NCBI GenBank assembly: GCA_034521025.1
Contig: JAXHMZ010000001.1
Location: 15,921 to 79,920, forward strand
DNA: 64,000 nucleotides
Direction of reading: 5' to 3'
Source of the DNA: Candidatus Campbellbacteria bacterium
Lineage (GTDB): Bacteria > Patescibacteriota > Minisyncoccia > Phycocordibacterales > JAXHMZ01
Shown here: positions 10,791 through 21,606 of the stretch, in pieces
Layout of the letters: every line of letters begins with the position of its first letter
Numbering within the stretch: the first letter of the stretch is position 1
Translations under genes and position numbers: made by a program
Notes under the pieces: model-generated
Database searches by the model: none
Seen by the model: only the letters and a program-made list of their open reading frames with translations
What the model was told of the DNA's origin: nothing

Positions 10791-10914
10791 AACGTCCGAT
10801 TCCACGATCCTAGATAGTTCCTTTCTTCGCAGAAGCCAGAGGCCGCACAAGCGGCCTCTTTATTATGAAACATTGATTTAAGAAGACATAAATTATAGAC
10901 TTTTAGAGAAAGAT

Positions 10915-10996
10915 GCCGGAGTGGCGGAATTGGTAGACGCGCACGACTCAAAATCGTGTTCCTTCGGGAGTGGGAGTTCGATTCTCCCCTCCGGCA
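10915..10996 (+). tRNA. tRNA-Leu(CAA)
   Basis: gccggag/ctccggc acceptor stem, anticodon arm cacga-ctcaaaa-tcgtg, long variable arm, GTTCGATTC T-loop. Confidence 0.95.
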
Positions 10997-11379
10997 CTAC
11001 GAACAGAGTGAGTTGAGGCGGAGAGCGGGCAAACTGCTTTGCCCGTGTGAGAGAAGCGAAAGACGGAGTATATTGCGAGCGAAGCGGAGCAATTCGAGTC
11101 GGGGTCGCGAGGCTGCCGAAGGCAGAACTTGTGACCGATTCTCCCCTCCGGCACTACGAACAGAGTGAGTTGAGGCGGAGAGCGGGCAAACTGCTTTGCC
11201 CGTGTGAGAGAAGCGAAAGACGGAGTATATTGCGAGCGAAGCGGAGCAATTCGAGTCGGGGTCGCGAGGCTGCCGAAGGCAGAACTTGTGACCGATTCTC
11301 CCCTCCGGCACCAGAGCAAAGTGAGTTGAGGCGGAGAGCGGGCAAACTGCTTTGCCCGTGTGAGAGAAGCGAAAGACGG
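10979..11379 (+). repeat. tRNA-linked tandem array with a 157-bp period (about 2.5 copies), each unit starting with the tRNA-Leu 3' end
   Basis: cgattctcccctccggcac recurs at 10979, 11136 and 11293; the intervening sequences are identical. Confidence 0.95.
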
Positions 11380-11400
11380 TGAGTTGAACCGGAATTGGGC

Positions 11401-11442
11401 GCAAATAAATGCTTCAATCTATAGATTGAAGCATTTATTTGC
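11401..11442. repeat. Perfect 42-bp palindrome whose core recurs at 40380-40415
   Basis: gcaaataaatgcttcaatcta|tagattgaagcatttatttgc. Confidence 0.9.
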
Positions 11443-11474
11443 TACTATTTCTCGTATAAACATGCATTTAATTT

Positions 11475-12362
11475 ATGAAAGATAAGATTTTGGCTATCGT
11501 TGGACCTACGGCCGTAGGGAAAAGTAACTTGGCAGTGAACCTGGCTCTTGAATTTAATGGCGAAGTAATTTCCGCCGATTCTCGTCAGATCTACAAAGGA
11601 CTAGACATTGGAACCGGGAAGATAACCGAGGGAGAGAAAAAGGAAGTGACCCATTATATGATCGATATAGCCGACCCCAGAGAGCAATACACTGTAGCAG
11701 AGTGGAAAAATAACACCGAAAAGATCATATCCGAAGTTCTATCCAAGGACAGACTGCCGATCATTTGCGGAGGCACTGGTCAGTATATAGAAGCTATAGT
11801 AGATAATATTTCATATCCAAACGTCCCTCCTAACTACGAACTGCGAGATAAACTTCAAGATAAAAGTCCGGAAAAGCTTTTTGCAATACTAATGTCCAAA
11901 GACGAAGATCGCGCGAATACGATAGATAGAAATAACCCACGCCGAATTATACGCGCCATTGAAATAGCAGAATCTATTGGAAAAGTGCCGCCACTCGAAA
12001 GTGATCCTAAATACAATGCTCTTCAGATCGGTCTGTACCTGCCACGCGAGAAGCTGAAAAACCGTATAAAAAATAGATTGGAATCGCGCCTAGAGATAGG
12101 AATGGTCGAAGAAGCCAAAAAAATTCACAGCAATGGCATATCGTACAAACGAATGGATGAACTGGGATTAGAGTATCGCTACTTGGCAAAATACCTGCAA
12201 AACGAAATGACATACGAAGAAATGAAGGAGAAGCTAGAAACAGAAATATACCAATATTCAGTACGTCAACTACGTTGGTTCCGGCGCGATAATAGAATCA
12301 AGTGGTTCACTCCGGAAGAAAACGATCAAATCCAAGAGGAGGTGCGCAAATTTTTAACGTAA
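11475..12362 (+). CDS. miaA: tRNA dimethylallyltransferase
   Basis: GPTAVGKS, ISADSRQIYKGLDIGTGK, GGTGQY, RRIIRAIE and RQLRWF. Confidence 0.97.
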   Translation: MKDKILAIVGPTAVGKSNLAVNLALEFNGEVISADSRQIYKGLDIGTGKITEGEKKEVTHYMIDIADPREQYTVAEWKNNTEKIISEVLSKDRLPIICGGTGQYIEAIVDNISYPNVPPNYELRDKLQDKSPEKLFAILMSKDEDRANTIDRNNPRRIIRAIEIAESIGKVPPLESDPKYNALQIGLYLPREKLKNRIKNRLESRLEIGMVEEAKKIHSNGISYKRMDELGLEYRYLAKYLQNEMTYEEMKEKLETEIYQYSVRQLRWFRRDNRIKWFTPEENDQIQEEVRKFLT

Positions 12363-12392
12363 AAAGCCCCGCGGTATATATACCGCGGGGCT
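12361..12392 (-). terminator. Intrinsic terminator between convergent genes
   Basis: agccccgcggtata/tataccgcggggct stem with an A-run on the plus strand. Confidence 0.7.
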
Positions 12393-12435
12393 AGAGGTTT
12401 CATCACCTCCTTATCAAAAAACTAAAGGAAGACGG

Positions 12436-14328
12436 TTAGTCACACAGTGTCCAGCCGTGTAAGTAGTCGAGTTTCCTATTGCCGTATCGCACCTCACCAT
12501 CAAAGTGATGGATAATGGTGTGTCCGACAAACAGGTCTGCCTGCCAACCGTGGTTATTGCCCTGTTGTTCAGACACATCACACGGTGGGTACCCGATGAT
12601 CGTCATCTCAGCCGGACCATTTTCGTCCGCTGGAGCAATCTCTCCGGTCCAGGAGGTTGAAGGCTCCTGATGATCGAGAGCACCAGACTGATCGTGCTTG
12701 TAGTAGATCGCCCAACCGAAGTTGTAGCAATCTTCTTCTGATGTGTTGGTGACAGTGAACTCAAGACTGCCATCGGGAAGCTCGGTGATAGTACCGGTGA
12801 GACCGGTAGCATCATCAGCACTCGTGGGATCAACGCATACTAGCGTCTCACCGTCTTTGCCATCCTGGCCATCTTCTCCGTCTTCGCCATCCTGACCGTC
12901 TTCACCGTCGGCTCCGTCGCAAACGTACCAAGTACCTGTTACTTCGGAGTTGTCGAGGATGCCGTTGCGGTTGTTGTCAAGACCAACTTCAACCCTAACA
13001 CCACCGTTTTCACAGTTCTCTCCCGAAGAAACGCTTGTAGTGTCGACGAGAGTAGTGAATCCATCTTCGCCGTCCTCGCCATCTTCTCCGTCTTCCGGGT
13101 AACCAATGAAAACTGTTTCGGTGACTTCAGACTCTTCGAGCGTATCGTTGCGATTGGAGTCGAGGCCAAAGTAGAGAGTTACACCCTCTTCTCCGAACTC
13201 AACGTCAACAAGTACGTTGTAACCGTCTTCGCCATCTTCACCGTCTTCGCCGTCCTGACCGTCTTCGCCATCGCTGGGACGGCAGAAGCGCACACTTTGC
13301 TCGACTTCGCTTTCTTCAAGCTCGCCGTTGCGGTTGGTGTCGAGACCGGTCTCGAAGAGTACGCCACCGTTGCGACAGATGTCGCCAGGATGGATCTCTA
13401 CGACGTCGACTAGACTATTGTATCCGTCTTCGCCGTCCTGACCGTCCTCACCATCTTCGCCATCTTCACCGTCTTCGCCGTCCCGACCGTCTTCACCGTC
13501 GACTCCGTCGCAAACGTAAGTAACATCAGTTACTTCGCTTTCGTCCAGAACCGTATCACGGTCAGTATCCAGGCCAACGCTTACTCGCGTACCTCCATTC
13601 GGACATTCTTGTGATTCTTCGATGGGCGTGGTGTCAATTAAAGCTGTATGCCCATCTTCACCGTCTTCGCCATCGGCACCATCTTCACCGTCTTCACCGT
13701 CTTCGGGGAACGGAATAAAGATGGTTTCTGTTACCTCCGAATCATCGAGCTCGCCGTTGCGGTTAGTGTCGAGACCAAGCTCTACTGTAACGCCATCTGA
13801 TTCAAAAATGACGTTAAACAGAACGCTGAGTCCGTCTTCGCCGTCCTCACCGTCGGCACCATCTCGACCGTCTCTGCCATCTTCACCGTCCTCGCCGTCG
13901 ACACCATCTCTGCCGTCTTCGCCATCCTCACCGTCTTCGCCATCCTCACCGTCGCGAGGGATAACCAGAACGTCTACGACACAGTGCGCTTGACTGTTAA
14001 GGTAGTTATACGTTTCGTATGTAAACGTATACGTACCATCGGGCAGACAATCGCCAGTCCAGCTGGAAACGCCGACAGCTCTTGCCTGCTCTGCTACTGT
14101 CACACGCGTCCGTGTGGTTCCGGGTGTGAGCTCGTAGGTAAGCTGTGAGCCATGGTCTTCGACCGGCTCAATTACGTTTCCGGATTCATCCAGAAGCGCA
14201 AGCTCGATCCCAGTGGCGCCGTCCGGCGCAGAATACTCTACTTCAAGAGTATTAACAGGCATCGGACGACTACAAGCCGCCAGCAGTAACGCTAGAAAGA
14301 CCGCTGAAAGTATGTAAAGCTTTTTCAC
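12436..14328 (-). CDS. Lipoprotein with acidic collagen-like (GED)n tracts alternating with GLDxNxNGxLDxxEV repeats
   Basis: GGGAGG RBS with GTG at 14328, lipobox LLLAAC, DGEDGEDG runs, five GLD(T/S/N)xRxxxL(D/E)xSEV modules, three with CxNGG. Confidence 0.8.
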   Translation of the reverse strand: MKKLYILSAVFLALLLAACSRPMPVNTLEVEYSAPDGATGIELALLDESGNVIEPVEDHGSQLTYELTPGTTRTRVTVAEQARAVGVSSWTGDCLPDGTYTFTYETYNYLNSQAHCVVDVLVIPRDGEDGEDGEDGEDGRDGVDGEDGEDGRDGRDGADGEDGEDGLSVLFNVIFESDGVTVELGLDTNRNGELDDSEVTETIFIPFPEDGEDGEDGADGEDGEDGHTALIDTTPIEESQECPNGGTRVSVGLDTDRDTVLDESEVTDVTYVCDGVDGEDGRDGEDGEDGEDGEDGQDGEDGYNSLVDVVEIHPGDICRNGGVLFETGLDTNRNGELEESEVEQSVRFCRPSDGEDGQDGEDGEDGEDGYNVLVDVEFGEEGVTLYFGLDSNRNDTLEESEVTETVFIGYPEDGEDGEDGEDGFTTLVDTTSVSSGENCENGGVRVEVGLDNNRNGILDNSEVTGTWYVCDGADGEDGQDGEDGEDGQDGKDGETLVCVDPTSADDATGLTGTITELPDGSLEFTVTNTSEEDCYNFGWAIYYKHDQSGALDHQEPSTSWTGEIAPADENGPAEMTIIGYPPCDVSEQQGNNHGWQADLFVGHTIIHHFDGEVRYGNRKLDYLHGWTLCD

Positions 14329-14341
14329 TGGCCTCCCCTTT

Positions 14342-15529
14342 CTAGAAGTGGACATTTACACCAACGCCCAATTCGAGATCCGTCTCCCTGGGATCGGTGA
14401 TCGTATCGAATTGATTACTCAAACCGATCTCAGTAAAGGGACGGAAAACTTCGGTCGCTTCAAACTCCAAGCCGGCAAACATCACTCCCGCAAAACCGTT
14501 GCGAGGCTCGTCAAACGAGCCTTCCTGCGCACCGAACTGGTAGAACAATCCGCCACCTGCGTAGGGGTTGGCACTACCTGCCACATAGGGCCAGAACAGC
14601 ACATCAACTCCGACGCCAAACATCATGGCTTCTACTCCGCCGGCTCTGTTCAGAGACAAGTGACCGCGCACGCCAAGCCCTTCTTCGCTCGACGAAAGCA
14701 AGCCAGTATCTCCAACGTGAAGGTTTAGCGCAAGTGGAGAAATTCCGCCAACGGAAGCACCAACGTATGTGGTAGACGGACGATCAGGGGTGGTATACAC
14801 CACCTCCGTTACGCCATCTTCACCCGCTGGTCCACGTGGGCCTTCTGGTCCTTGTTCTCCAGTTTCGCCTTGCGGACCGGCAGGTCCTTGTGAACCTGCT
14901 TCACCGCGAGGACCGGGCTCGCCTTGCGAACCTTCCAGACCTTGTTCTCCACGGGGACCAATGTCACCTTGCTCGCCCGGCAGACCCATAGGGCCAGCCA
15001 GACCTTGTTCTCCGTCTTCGCCTTGCGGGCCCTGTGGTCCGACTTCGCCGCGAGGACCTCGGATATTACCAAGCTCTCGCATCTCACCGTCCGTGTACGT
15101 AATCGAGAGGTTGCCCTCTTCATCGAGGTAAACACTCTCTATTCCGCGTCCGGGCTCCCCTTCGGGGCCTTGCGGACCGGCGGGGCCTTGTGGGCCTGCT
15201 TCACCGCTTTCTCCCTCAGGACCCCGAGGACCTTGCGGGCCTTCGGTTTGTGGCAAGCATTCTGATTCCAGAATGCGAGCAATGACGACAAACGCCTCGT
15301 TACGCGTCAGGCTATCCCGACCGCGAATTGTAAACGTACCTTCGTCGCCGACAATGACGTTGCACTCAACCGCTCGGTTAAGCGCTTCGCGCGCCCAATC
15401 GACCACCGATTCCATATCGGTGAATACTTCGGGTGCTGGATGTGCCGCCCCGATAGGCGGCTCCGAATCTTGTGCCTGCGCAATAGGGATAACGAAGAGT
15501 AGGAAAAGCGCAAAACAAAACTTTTTCAC
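14342..15529 (-). CDS. SLH domain + collagen stalk + C-terminal beta-barrel-like protein (SlpA/OmpM-like layout)
   Basis: Signal peptide ending AQA; SLH-like [23 protein letters not shown]...[14 protein letters not shown]; long Gly-X-Y tracts; amphipathic beta-strands ending [11 protein letters not shown]. Confidence 0.7.
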   Translation of the reverse strand: MKKFCFALFLLFVIPIAQAQDSEPPIGAAHPAPEVFTDMESVVDWAREALNRAVECNVIVGDEGTFTIRGRDSLTRNEAFVVIARILESECLPQTEGPQGPRGPEGESGEAGPQGPAGPQGPEGEPGRGIESVYLDEEGNLSITYTDGEMRELGNIRGPRGEVGPQGPQGEDGEQGLAGPMGLPGEQGDIGPRGEQGLEGSQGEPGPRGEAGSQGPAGPQGETGEQGPEGPRGPAGEDGVTEVVYTTPDRPSTTYVGASVGGISPLALNLHVGDTGLLSSSEEGLGVRGHLSLNRAGGVEAMMFGVGVDVLFWPYVAGSANPYAGGGLFYQFGAQEGSFDEPRNGFAGVMFAGLEFEATEVFRPFTEIGLSNQFDTITDPRETDLELGVGVNVHF

Positions 15530-15658
15530 CGTCTTCTCCTTTCAAGAAATTTCTAGTTATAGGGCGAATATTTGTATGACTATTTCCTCCTTTCTGTAAA
15601 GAGCTTCAAAACAAAAAATACTAACAATTTAGGGTTTTGTCAATTTATGATCTGCTAT

Positions 15659-15849
15659 AATTGTTCGCTTTCTCGCTCCCTTCACTCACGCTGTTCGTTG
15701 CGGGTCCGAGCCGGGACTCGAATCTTACAGATTCGGTACAGATCTCGTATCGTGCTCGCAAAGCTGCGCGCGATTAACTCGATCTTTTCTCGTCCTGGCG
15801 AAAGCGAAATTGTTCGCTTTCTCGCTCCCTTCACTCACGCTGTTCGTTG
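15659..15849 (-). mobile_element. tRNA-Trp-linked structured element (149 bp, 15701-15849) plus a truncated second unit
   Basis: Leader caacgaacagcgtgagtg, hairpin, anti-T segment caggacgagaa, core, tgtac-c-gaatc-tgtaa-gattc, then an imperfect tRNA 3' copy at 15701-15722. Mobility is inferred. Confidence 0.75.
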
Positions 15850-15921
15850 CGGGTCCAGCAGGACTCGAACCTGCAGTCCTGGTTTTGGAGACCAGTGGTT
15901 TGCCAATTAACCGATAGACCC
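15850..15921 (-). tRNA. tRNA-Trp(CCA)
   Basis: gggtcta/tggaccc acceptor stem, ctggt-ctccaaa-accag anticodon arm, GGTTCGAGTCC. Confidence 0.93.
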
Positions 15922-15995
15922 CTACCGACAAATAGTACACAAAAATTTTGAAAAACAAAATAAAAGCCACTCGTGGACAAGTAGCTTTTAGTAAA

Positions 15996-16151
15996 CTATT
16001 TCTTAGACTCTTTGAAAAGCACGTGTTTTCGCACGTTAGGGTCGTATTTTTTTAGTTCGATCTTCCGAGTTACGAGCTTCTTATTCTTACGAGAATAGTA
16101 TACGTAGTCCGACTCGGTTGATTTTAGTTTGATTAATTGATCCTGTGACAT
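15996..16151 (-). CDS. rpmG: 50S ribosomal protein bL33
   Basis: Manual translation: MSQDQLIKLKSTESDYVYYSRKNKKLVTRKIELKKYDPNVRKHVLFKESKK. Confidence 0.95.
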   Translation of the reverse strand: MSQDQLIKLKSTESDYVYYSRKNKKLVTRKIELKKYDPNVRKHVLFKESKK

Positions 16152-16295
16152 AGTTTTAGATTTGAATATAACGCTAGGTACTATAATAAATCACTAAGAA
16201 TTAGTCAATGTAACGATATTGTGCTTTTTCCCAAACTTCACTCTCGTCAATATGCTAAACTGCATACATATCAAGCAGTCTTTAACTATTAAATT

Positions 16296-16967
16296 ATGGC
16301 GCTTTCAGACAAACAAATTTTAGAACAAAAAGAAAAAGGAGATATAGTGATCGAACCGTTTATAGAAGAAAATATTTCTACTTCAAGTTATGATGTAACG
16401 CTTGGAGAATATTTTTTCTTTGAAAAATCACCAGGCCGGTTCCAAAATATATATAACCCCTATGACGAAGCACACGTGGAGAAAATTTGGGGTAAAGAGC
16501 CGAGCCAAGCACAACCGGCAAAAGAAACATTCAAGCATTACAAATTCGAATTTGAGGGGATAGAGCCGGACGATAAGGTAATAGTGCTGGATCCGGGAGA
16601 AACTATATTAGCTCACACAAACGAATTTATCGGCGGTAAGAAACACATAACCACGATGATGAAGGCGCGATCCAGCTTGGGTCGTAATTTTATAGAAGTT
16701 TGTAAGTGCGCTGGCTGGGGAGACGTGGGATACGTGAATCGCTGGACCATGGAGATAACAAATAACTCCAAGTTTTACTCTATACCTCTAGTAGTCGGAA
16801 GAAGAGTCGCCCAGATCATATTTTTTGAAACCGGAGAAATACGCGGTGACGATTATACTAAAGACGGTAAGTATCAGTCTATAGGATTAGAAGGTCTAAA
16901 AGAAAACTGGGATCCTTCAATGATGATCCCCAAAATGTACAATGACAGAGAAGTAAAACAAAGATAG
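16296..16967 (+). CDS. dcd: dCTP deaminase
   Basis: MALSDKQI, SSYDVTLG, ARSSLGR, AGWGDVGY, TMEITN and AQIIF. Confidence 0.9.
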   Translation: MALSDKQILEQKEKGDIVIEPFIEENISTSSYDVTLGEYFFFEKSPGRFQNIYNPYDEAHVEKIWGKEPSQAQPAKETFKHYKFEFEGIEPDDKVIVLDPGETILAHTNEFIGGKKHITTMMKARSSLGRNFIEVCKCAGWGDVGYVNRWTMEITNNSKFYSIPLVVGRRVAQIIFFETGEIRGDDYTKDGKYQSIGLEGLKENWDPSMMIPKMYNDREVKQR

Positions 16968-17001
16968 CTATTCGAATTCTGACACGAGCAAAGCAGTTTG
17001 T

Positions 17002-17151
17002 TTTGGGATTCTCTCCTTACAGGAGCTGTACACCTTTCGTATCGTACTCACTTTGTTCCGTGCGATATACTCAAGGTTTTCGAATCCTGCCCGAAAGCTT
17101 CGCTTTCTCGGCCACAAAATAAAAACCCCAACAAATGGGGTTTTTATTTTG
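17002..17151 (-). mobile_element. tRNA-Tyr-linked structured element with degenerate 3' duplicate
   Basis: Terminator-like hairpin, then a perfect 15-nt antisense of the tRNA 3' arm (17079-17093), core gagtatatcg...cgatacga, and tgtac-ag-ctcc-tgtaa-ggag-agaatcc. Confidence 0.7.
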
Positions 17152-17235
17152 TGCGCCGGGCAGGATTCGAACCTGCGTAGCCCATAGGGCGACAGATTTA
17201 CAGTCTGTTGCGATTGACCACTCCGCCACCGACGC
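17152..17235 (-). tRNA. tRNA-Tyr(GTA)
   Basis: gcgtcgg/ccggcgc acceptor stem, acaga-ctgtaaa-tctgt anticodon arm, long variable arm. Confidence 0.95.
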
Positions 17236-17323
17236 ATTTTCTGGACCGCGTAATCAATATAATTACGAGCTCCAGAAAAATATATCACAGAGTCACCGCT
17301 TTTCAAAGTTAGAGTTTTTGAAA

Positions 17324-20014
17324 CTACGCGGCAACTTTTTCTTTTGAATTGCTTTTAGCTCTTTGTTTACGAGAGCGCTTGCTTACTTCAAAAGTAAGCT
17401 CGTCTTTCTTCACGCCTACAGTAACTGTGGCGCCCTCACCCAGACCATCTCCGATCATTCGGTTGGCTATTGGGGTCAATATGTTCGACTGGATCAACCG
17501 TTTCAAAGGTCGAGCTCCATAAGTAGGATCGTAGCCTTTGTCTGCGAGGTATTCCAGAGCCGTCTCGGTAAGTTTCAGAGTAATTCCTCTATCCGCCAAT
17601 CTTTTCCTAACCACATCTACCTGTATTTTGACAATATTCTTGATAACCTCTTTTTCTAGAATATTGAAGATAACTACATCGTCCAGACGATTCAAGAATT
17701 CTGGCGAGAAATGATCTTTTAGCGCTTTCATAACGTTGCTCTTGGCCTCGTCGTAACGAGTGATATCGTCCATTTCCGGATGAGTAAACCCGATCTTCTC
17801 CATCTGTTGAATGTGTTTTGATCCCACGTTAGAAGTGAGAATAATGATCGTATTCTTGAAGTTTACTTTCCTTCCTTTGGCATCGGTCAAATGTCCATTG
17901 TCCAACACCTGTAGAAGTATATTAAATACTTCCGGGTGCGCCTTCTCTATCTCGTCAAATAGAATCACCGAATATGGGCGGTGGCGCACCTTTTCAGTGA
18001 GCTGTCCACCTTCGTCATATCCAACATAACCAGCCGGAGCTCCGATCATTTTTGAAACCGCGTGTTTTTCCATGTACTCGGACATATCTACTCGTATCAA
18101 CGCGTTCTCATCGTTGAACATAAACTCAGCCAAAGCTTTGGTTAGCTCAGTTTTACCTACTCCGGTTGGACCCAAGAACATAAACGATCCGATCGGCCTG
18201 TTAGGGTCAGCAATTCCTACTCGGGAACGCTTAATGGCATCCGATATTTTCTCAATTGCCTGATCCTGTCCCTTGACCCGACTTTTGAGCTCTTTTTCAA
18301 TTCGGGCCAATTTTCTGGATTCTTCTTCAAGCATCCGGTTAACCGGTACTCCAGTCCAACGAGATACCACCGAAGCCACGTCTTCTTCTTTCACTTCTTC
18401 GTTTAGAACTTTGCGAGACCTCTGAAGTTTTTTGAGCTTCTTGTTTTTAGTATCGAGCTCTTTTTCAATTGAAGGTATTTCTACGTAACGGATCTCGGCG
18501 GCCTTTGAAAGGTCAGCGCGAGCTTCAGCGTCTTCGGCCTCGAGCCGACGTTCTTCAAATTCTTTCTTCAGACGTTTAATGTCGGTAAGAACATTCTTTT
18601 CATTTTTCCACTTAAGCTCAAGCTCGGAGGTCTCTTCTCGAAGATCAGCAATGTTTTTATCTATTTCTTTAATGCGTTTCTTGAGTCCGCGTTTCTTGCT
18701 ATTGTCTTCGAGCTCATTCTTTAATGCCTCCTTCTCTACCTCGAGACGCATTATCTTCTGATGTGTCTCTTCCAACAACTCCGGCTTATTCTCGAGCGAT
18801 ATCTTCAGCTGACTGGACGCTTCATCGATCAGATCTATTGCCTTATCCGGCAAGAACCGATCCGTGATATAGCGACTTGATAGATCAACAGCCGCGACAA
18901 TAGCTCCGTCGGTAATCTTTACACCGTGGTAGAGCTCATATTTTTCTTTTAGTCCGCGCAAGATAGCCGTCGCGTCCTCCACAGAAGGTTCGTTTACGTA
19001 TATTGGTTGGAACCTACGAGTAAGAGCAGGATCTTTCTCGATGTATTTTTGATATTCCTTTAATGTAGTCGCGCCAATTGCACGTAGATCTCCACGCGCA
19101 AGAGCTGGCTTTAGCATGTTCGATGCATCCATAGATCCTTCAGCCGCTCCTGCCCCGACTATGGTGTGAATTTCGTCGACAAAGAGAATAACTTGGCCTT
19201 CCGCTTTCTCGATCTCTTTCATTATTTTCTTCAGACGATCTTCAAACTCGCCACGGTACTTTGTACCGGCTATGAGGGAGCCAATGTCAAGCGAGACGAG
19301 ATCTTTTCCCTTTAGTGACTCTGGCACGTCACCCGCTGCCACGCGATTGGCCAACCCTTCAACAATAGCCGTTTTTCCAACCCCCGCTTCTCCTATAAGG
19401 ATGGGGTTGTTTTTATTACGTCGAGACAATATCTGTATCAAGCGGTGGATTTCATTGTCGCGTCCAATGACCGGATCCAGCTTATTCTCCTTTGCTAATT
19501 GTGTTAGTGATCGAGTGTACTTTTGGATGGAGCGATTCTTCGGAGAGTTGTCTACATCCGAGATCTTGCCTTCACGTAACTGCTTCAAGATCGAAAGAAT
19601 ATCGTCCTTTGATATCTTAAAACGCTCAAGTGTTTCGCGAGCCTTGCTAGGAATTTCGAGACAAGCTATCAACAAGTGCTCGGTTGATATAAATTCATCG
19701 TCGAGGTCTTGCGCGGTCTTTCCAGACGACTCAAGGACTTGGGCAAGCTCCGGTGTTAAGTAAATCTGATATGAAGGAGAAAGCGTGGAATTGCTCTGCG
19801 TATCTTCGAGCATATCCAGAATATTGTCGGTAAGAAGTATAGTATCCACCTCCAGTTTCTCGAGTATTGAGAAAACCGAACTTTCTTCTTGAAGAATAAG
19901 AGCCGCGAGCAAGTGCAGCGGGTTCACGTGATTCTGACCCCGCTCAACCGCGAGCTCATGGGCTTTTCTTATTGCTTCACGGGCTTTGGATGTGAAGTTA
20001 TTGAATGGTGCCAT
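17324..20014 (-). CDS. clpB: ClpB/ClpC AAA+ chaperone
   Basis: Clp N domain, [26 protein letters not shown], long coiled-coil M domain, GPTGVGKT and GARPLKR. Confidence 0.93.
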   Translation of the reverse strand: MAPFNNFTSKAREAIRKAHELAVERGQNHVNPLHLLAALILQEESSVFSILEKLEVDTILLTDNILDMLEDTQSNSTLSPSYQIYLTPELAQVLESSGKTAQDLDDEFISTEHLLIACLEIPSKARETLERFKISKDDILSILKQLREGKISDVDNSPKNRSIQKYTRSLTQLAKENKLDPVIGRDNEIHRLIQILSRRNKNNPILIGEAGVGKTAIVEGLANRVAAGDVPESLKGKDLVSLDIGSLIAGTKYRGEFEDRLKKIMKEIEKAEGQVILFVDEIHTIVGAGAAEGSMDASNMLKPALARGDLRAIGATTLKEYQKYIEKDPALTRRFQPIYVNEPSVEDATAILRGLKEKYELYHGVKITDGAIVAAVDLSSRYITDRFLPDKAIDLIDEASSQLKISLENKPELLEETHQKIMRLEVEKEALKNELEDNSKKRGLKKRIKEIDKNIADLREETSELELKWKNEKNVLTDIKRLKKEFEERRLEAEDAEARADLSKAAEIRYVEIPSIEKELDTKNKKLKKLQRSRKVLNEEVKEEDVASVVSRWTGVPVNRMLEEESRKLARIEKELKSRVKGQDQAIEKISDAIKRSRVGIADPNRPIGSFMFLGPTGVGKTELTKALAEFMFNDENALIRVDMSEYMEKHAVSKMIGAPAGYVGYDEGGQLTEKVRHRPYSVILFDEIEKAHPEVFNILLQVLDNGHLTDAKGRKVNFKNTIIILTSNVGSKHIQQMEKIGFTHPEMDDITRYDEAKSNVMKALKDHFSPEFLNRLDDVVIFNILEKEVIKNIVKIQVDVVRKRLADRGITLKLTETALEYLADKGYDPTYGARPLKRLIQSNILTPIANRMIGDGLGEGATVTVGVKKDELTFEVSKRSRKQRAKSNSKEKVAA

Positions 20015-20274
20015 GTGAATTAGTAGTTAGTTTCAAGTAATATGTTCGTCTTAAAAGACAAGATTATTTTTTAATGGTGAGTCTGCAATATACAACGTTT
20101 TCTGATTTTGTCAAAACGATCGCCGCTTTTCCGCTTCTGTTTCTTTGCCTTCAGATTAGACAGACGTTAGAGCTCGCTGTGTGCTTACACCTCTGTTCTT
20201 ATCTCTCATTATAACAAGAGACACGAAAAGTAAAAACTTGAATTGAACTCGATCTATTTTGCGTTTTTAAAGAC

Positions 20275-21439
20275 CTAAGAAAGTATTTCTTTTAAAACTT
20301 CTACGGTTTTTTCCACTTCTTTCTTTCTCTGTATTGAATCCAAATGAAAACCTCACGGAGCTCTCCGCACATTCTTCCTTTATAACGCGCAATACTTCTG
20401 ACTCATTACCCTTTCTGCTTCGACAGGCACTTCCTCTGGAAACAAAAATTCCCTTAGCATCGAGAGATAAGACAAGCCATTCTGCATCAGCTCCTTTGAA
20501 GCACACATTTACAATGTGCGGAGTCATATTGTCTGTATTTCCGTTTATGCTCGCTTGGCTGATCTCTTTTGTTAATTCTTCGACAAAAAAATCGTGAGAT
20601 CTCACCCAGGCGCTCGCTCTCTTCTTCTACTTTTTCTTGCGCGATTGAAAGCGCTATCCGCAAGCTCTCGATCGCCAGTATATTCTCAGTGCCGGGACGG
20701 AGTCCTTCTTCTTGGCCTCCTCCATATAGCAACGGATGTATTTCAACGCCCTCTTTAACAAAAAGTAAGCCTGAACCCTTTAATCCTCCTACTTTTGATC
20801 CGTCCAAAACCAATAGATCAACACCCAATTTCTGCACATTAAGATCAAAACAGGTTGCCGCCTGCGTTACGTCCAAAAGAAAATATGGATACTTTTCTCC
20901 TGTTTCGTGTCGTCTGAAATGTCGCAACGATCTAACAAGTTCTTCTACCGGTAAAATATTTCCGATCTCGCTGTTGACGTATGAAAACACAGCTAGACAA
21001 GTCTCCTTTCTTAGAGAGTCTTTAAATTCTTTATTATCAATTACTCCTTTTTCATTTGGGGTGAGATAAGTAACCTCAACACCCTCTATCTCTAACGCCC
21101 TCAGAGTTTCTAGAATTGCAGGATGTTCAATACTGCTGGTTACCACATGAGGAGTTTCGAATAATTCTTTTGCTTTTTTTACGGTACCTTGAATTGCAAT
21201 ATTCAATGACTCTGTAGAACCTGAAGTAAAAGTTATTTCTTCCGGAAGTACGCCAAAACATGAGCGGTCTCTTTTCTCGCTTTGGCTATTCTTGATCTGG
21301 CTTCAACTCCCTTTTTGTGTATCGAAGATGGGTTCGCAAAATGTTCCAATGAATCATTAATTTGCGTCAATACTTCACTTCGTACCGGCGCGGATGCTGC
21401 ATAATCCAGATATATTTGATCGTTTTTAAAATCTTTCAT
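20275..21439 (-). pseudogene. iscS: Cysteine desulfurase (IscS/NifS family), frameshifted; assembly error or pseudogene
   Basis: IYLDYAASAP, FANPSSIH, SSIEHPAI, DGSKVGGLKGSG, LRPGTEN, SRGSAC and SVRFSFG lie in successive frames; one break is at the A7 run at 20585-20591. Confidence 0.8.
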
Positions 21440-21606
21440 TATTTCTATATTACCAGAACAGCTTAACAAAAACTTGTCAGAGAGCAATTTTGTCGGTATA
21501 ATCAACCGATAGTTTAAGCAAAGGCGTTGCTTATTACTTCTCCAACTAAAACAACCTCGAACAAGCTAACGCTAGTGCTGATTAAAAGAGCTTAATTACA
21601 TGGCCT

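Noticed and set aside
10948-11417. ORFs overlapping tRNAs and their repeats (also at 15572-15970, 25563-27028, 28344-29002, 56622-56846, 57719-58006)
   Set aside because: These are shadow ORFs across tRNA genes and structured repeats, with no RBS, inconsistent frames between copies and no protein motifs.
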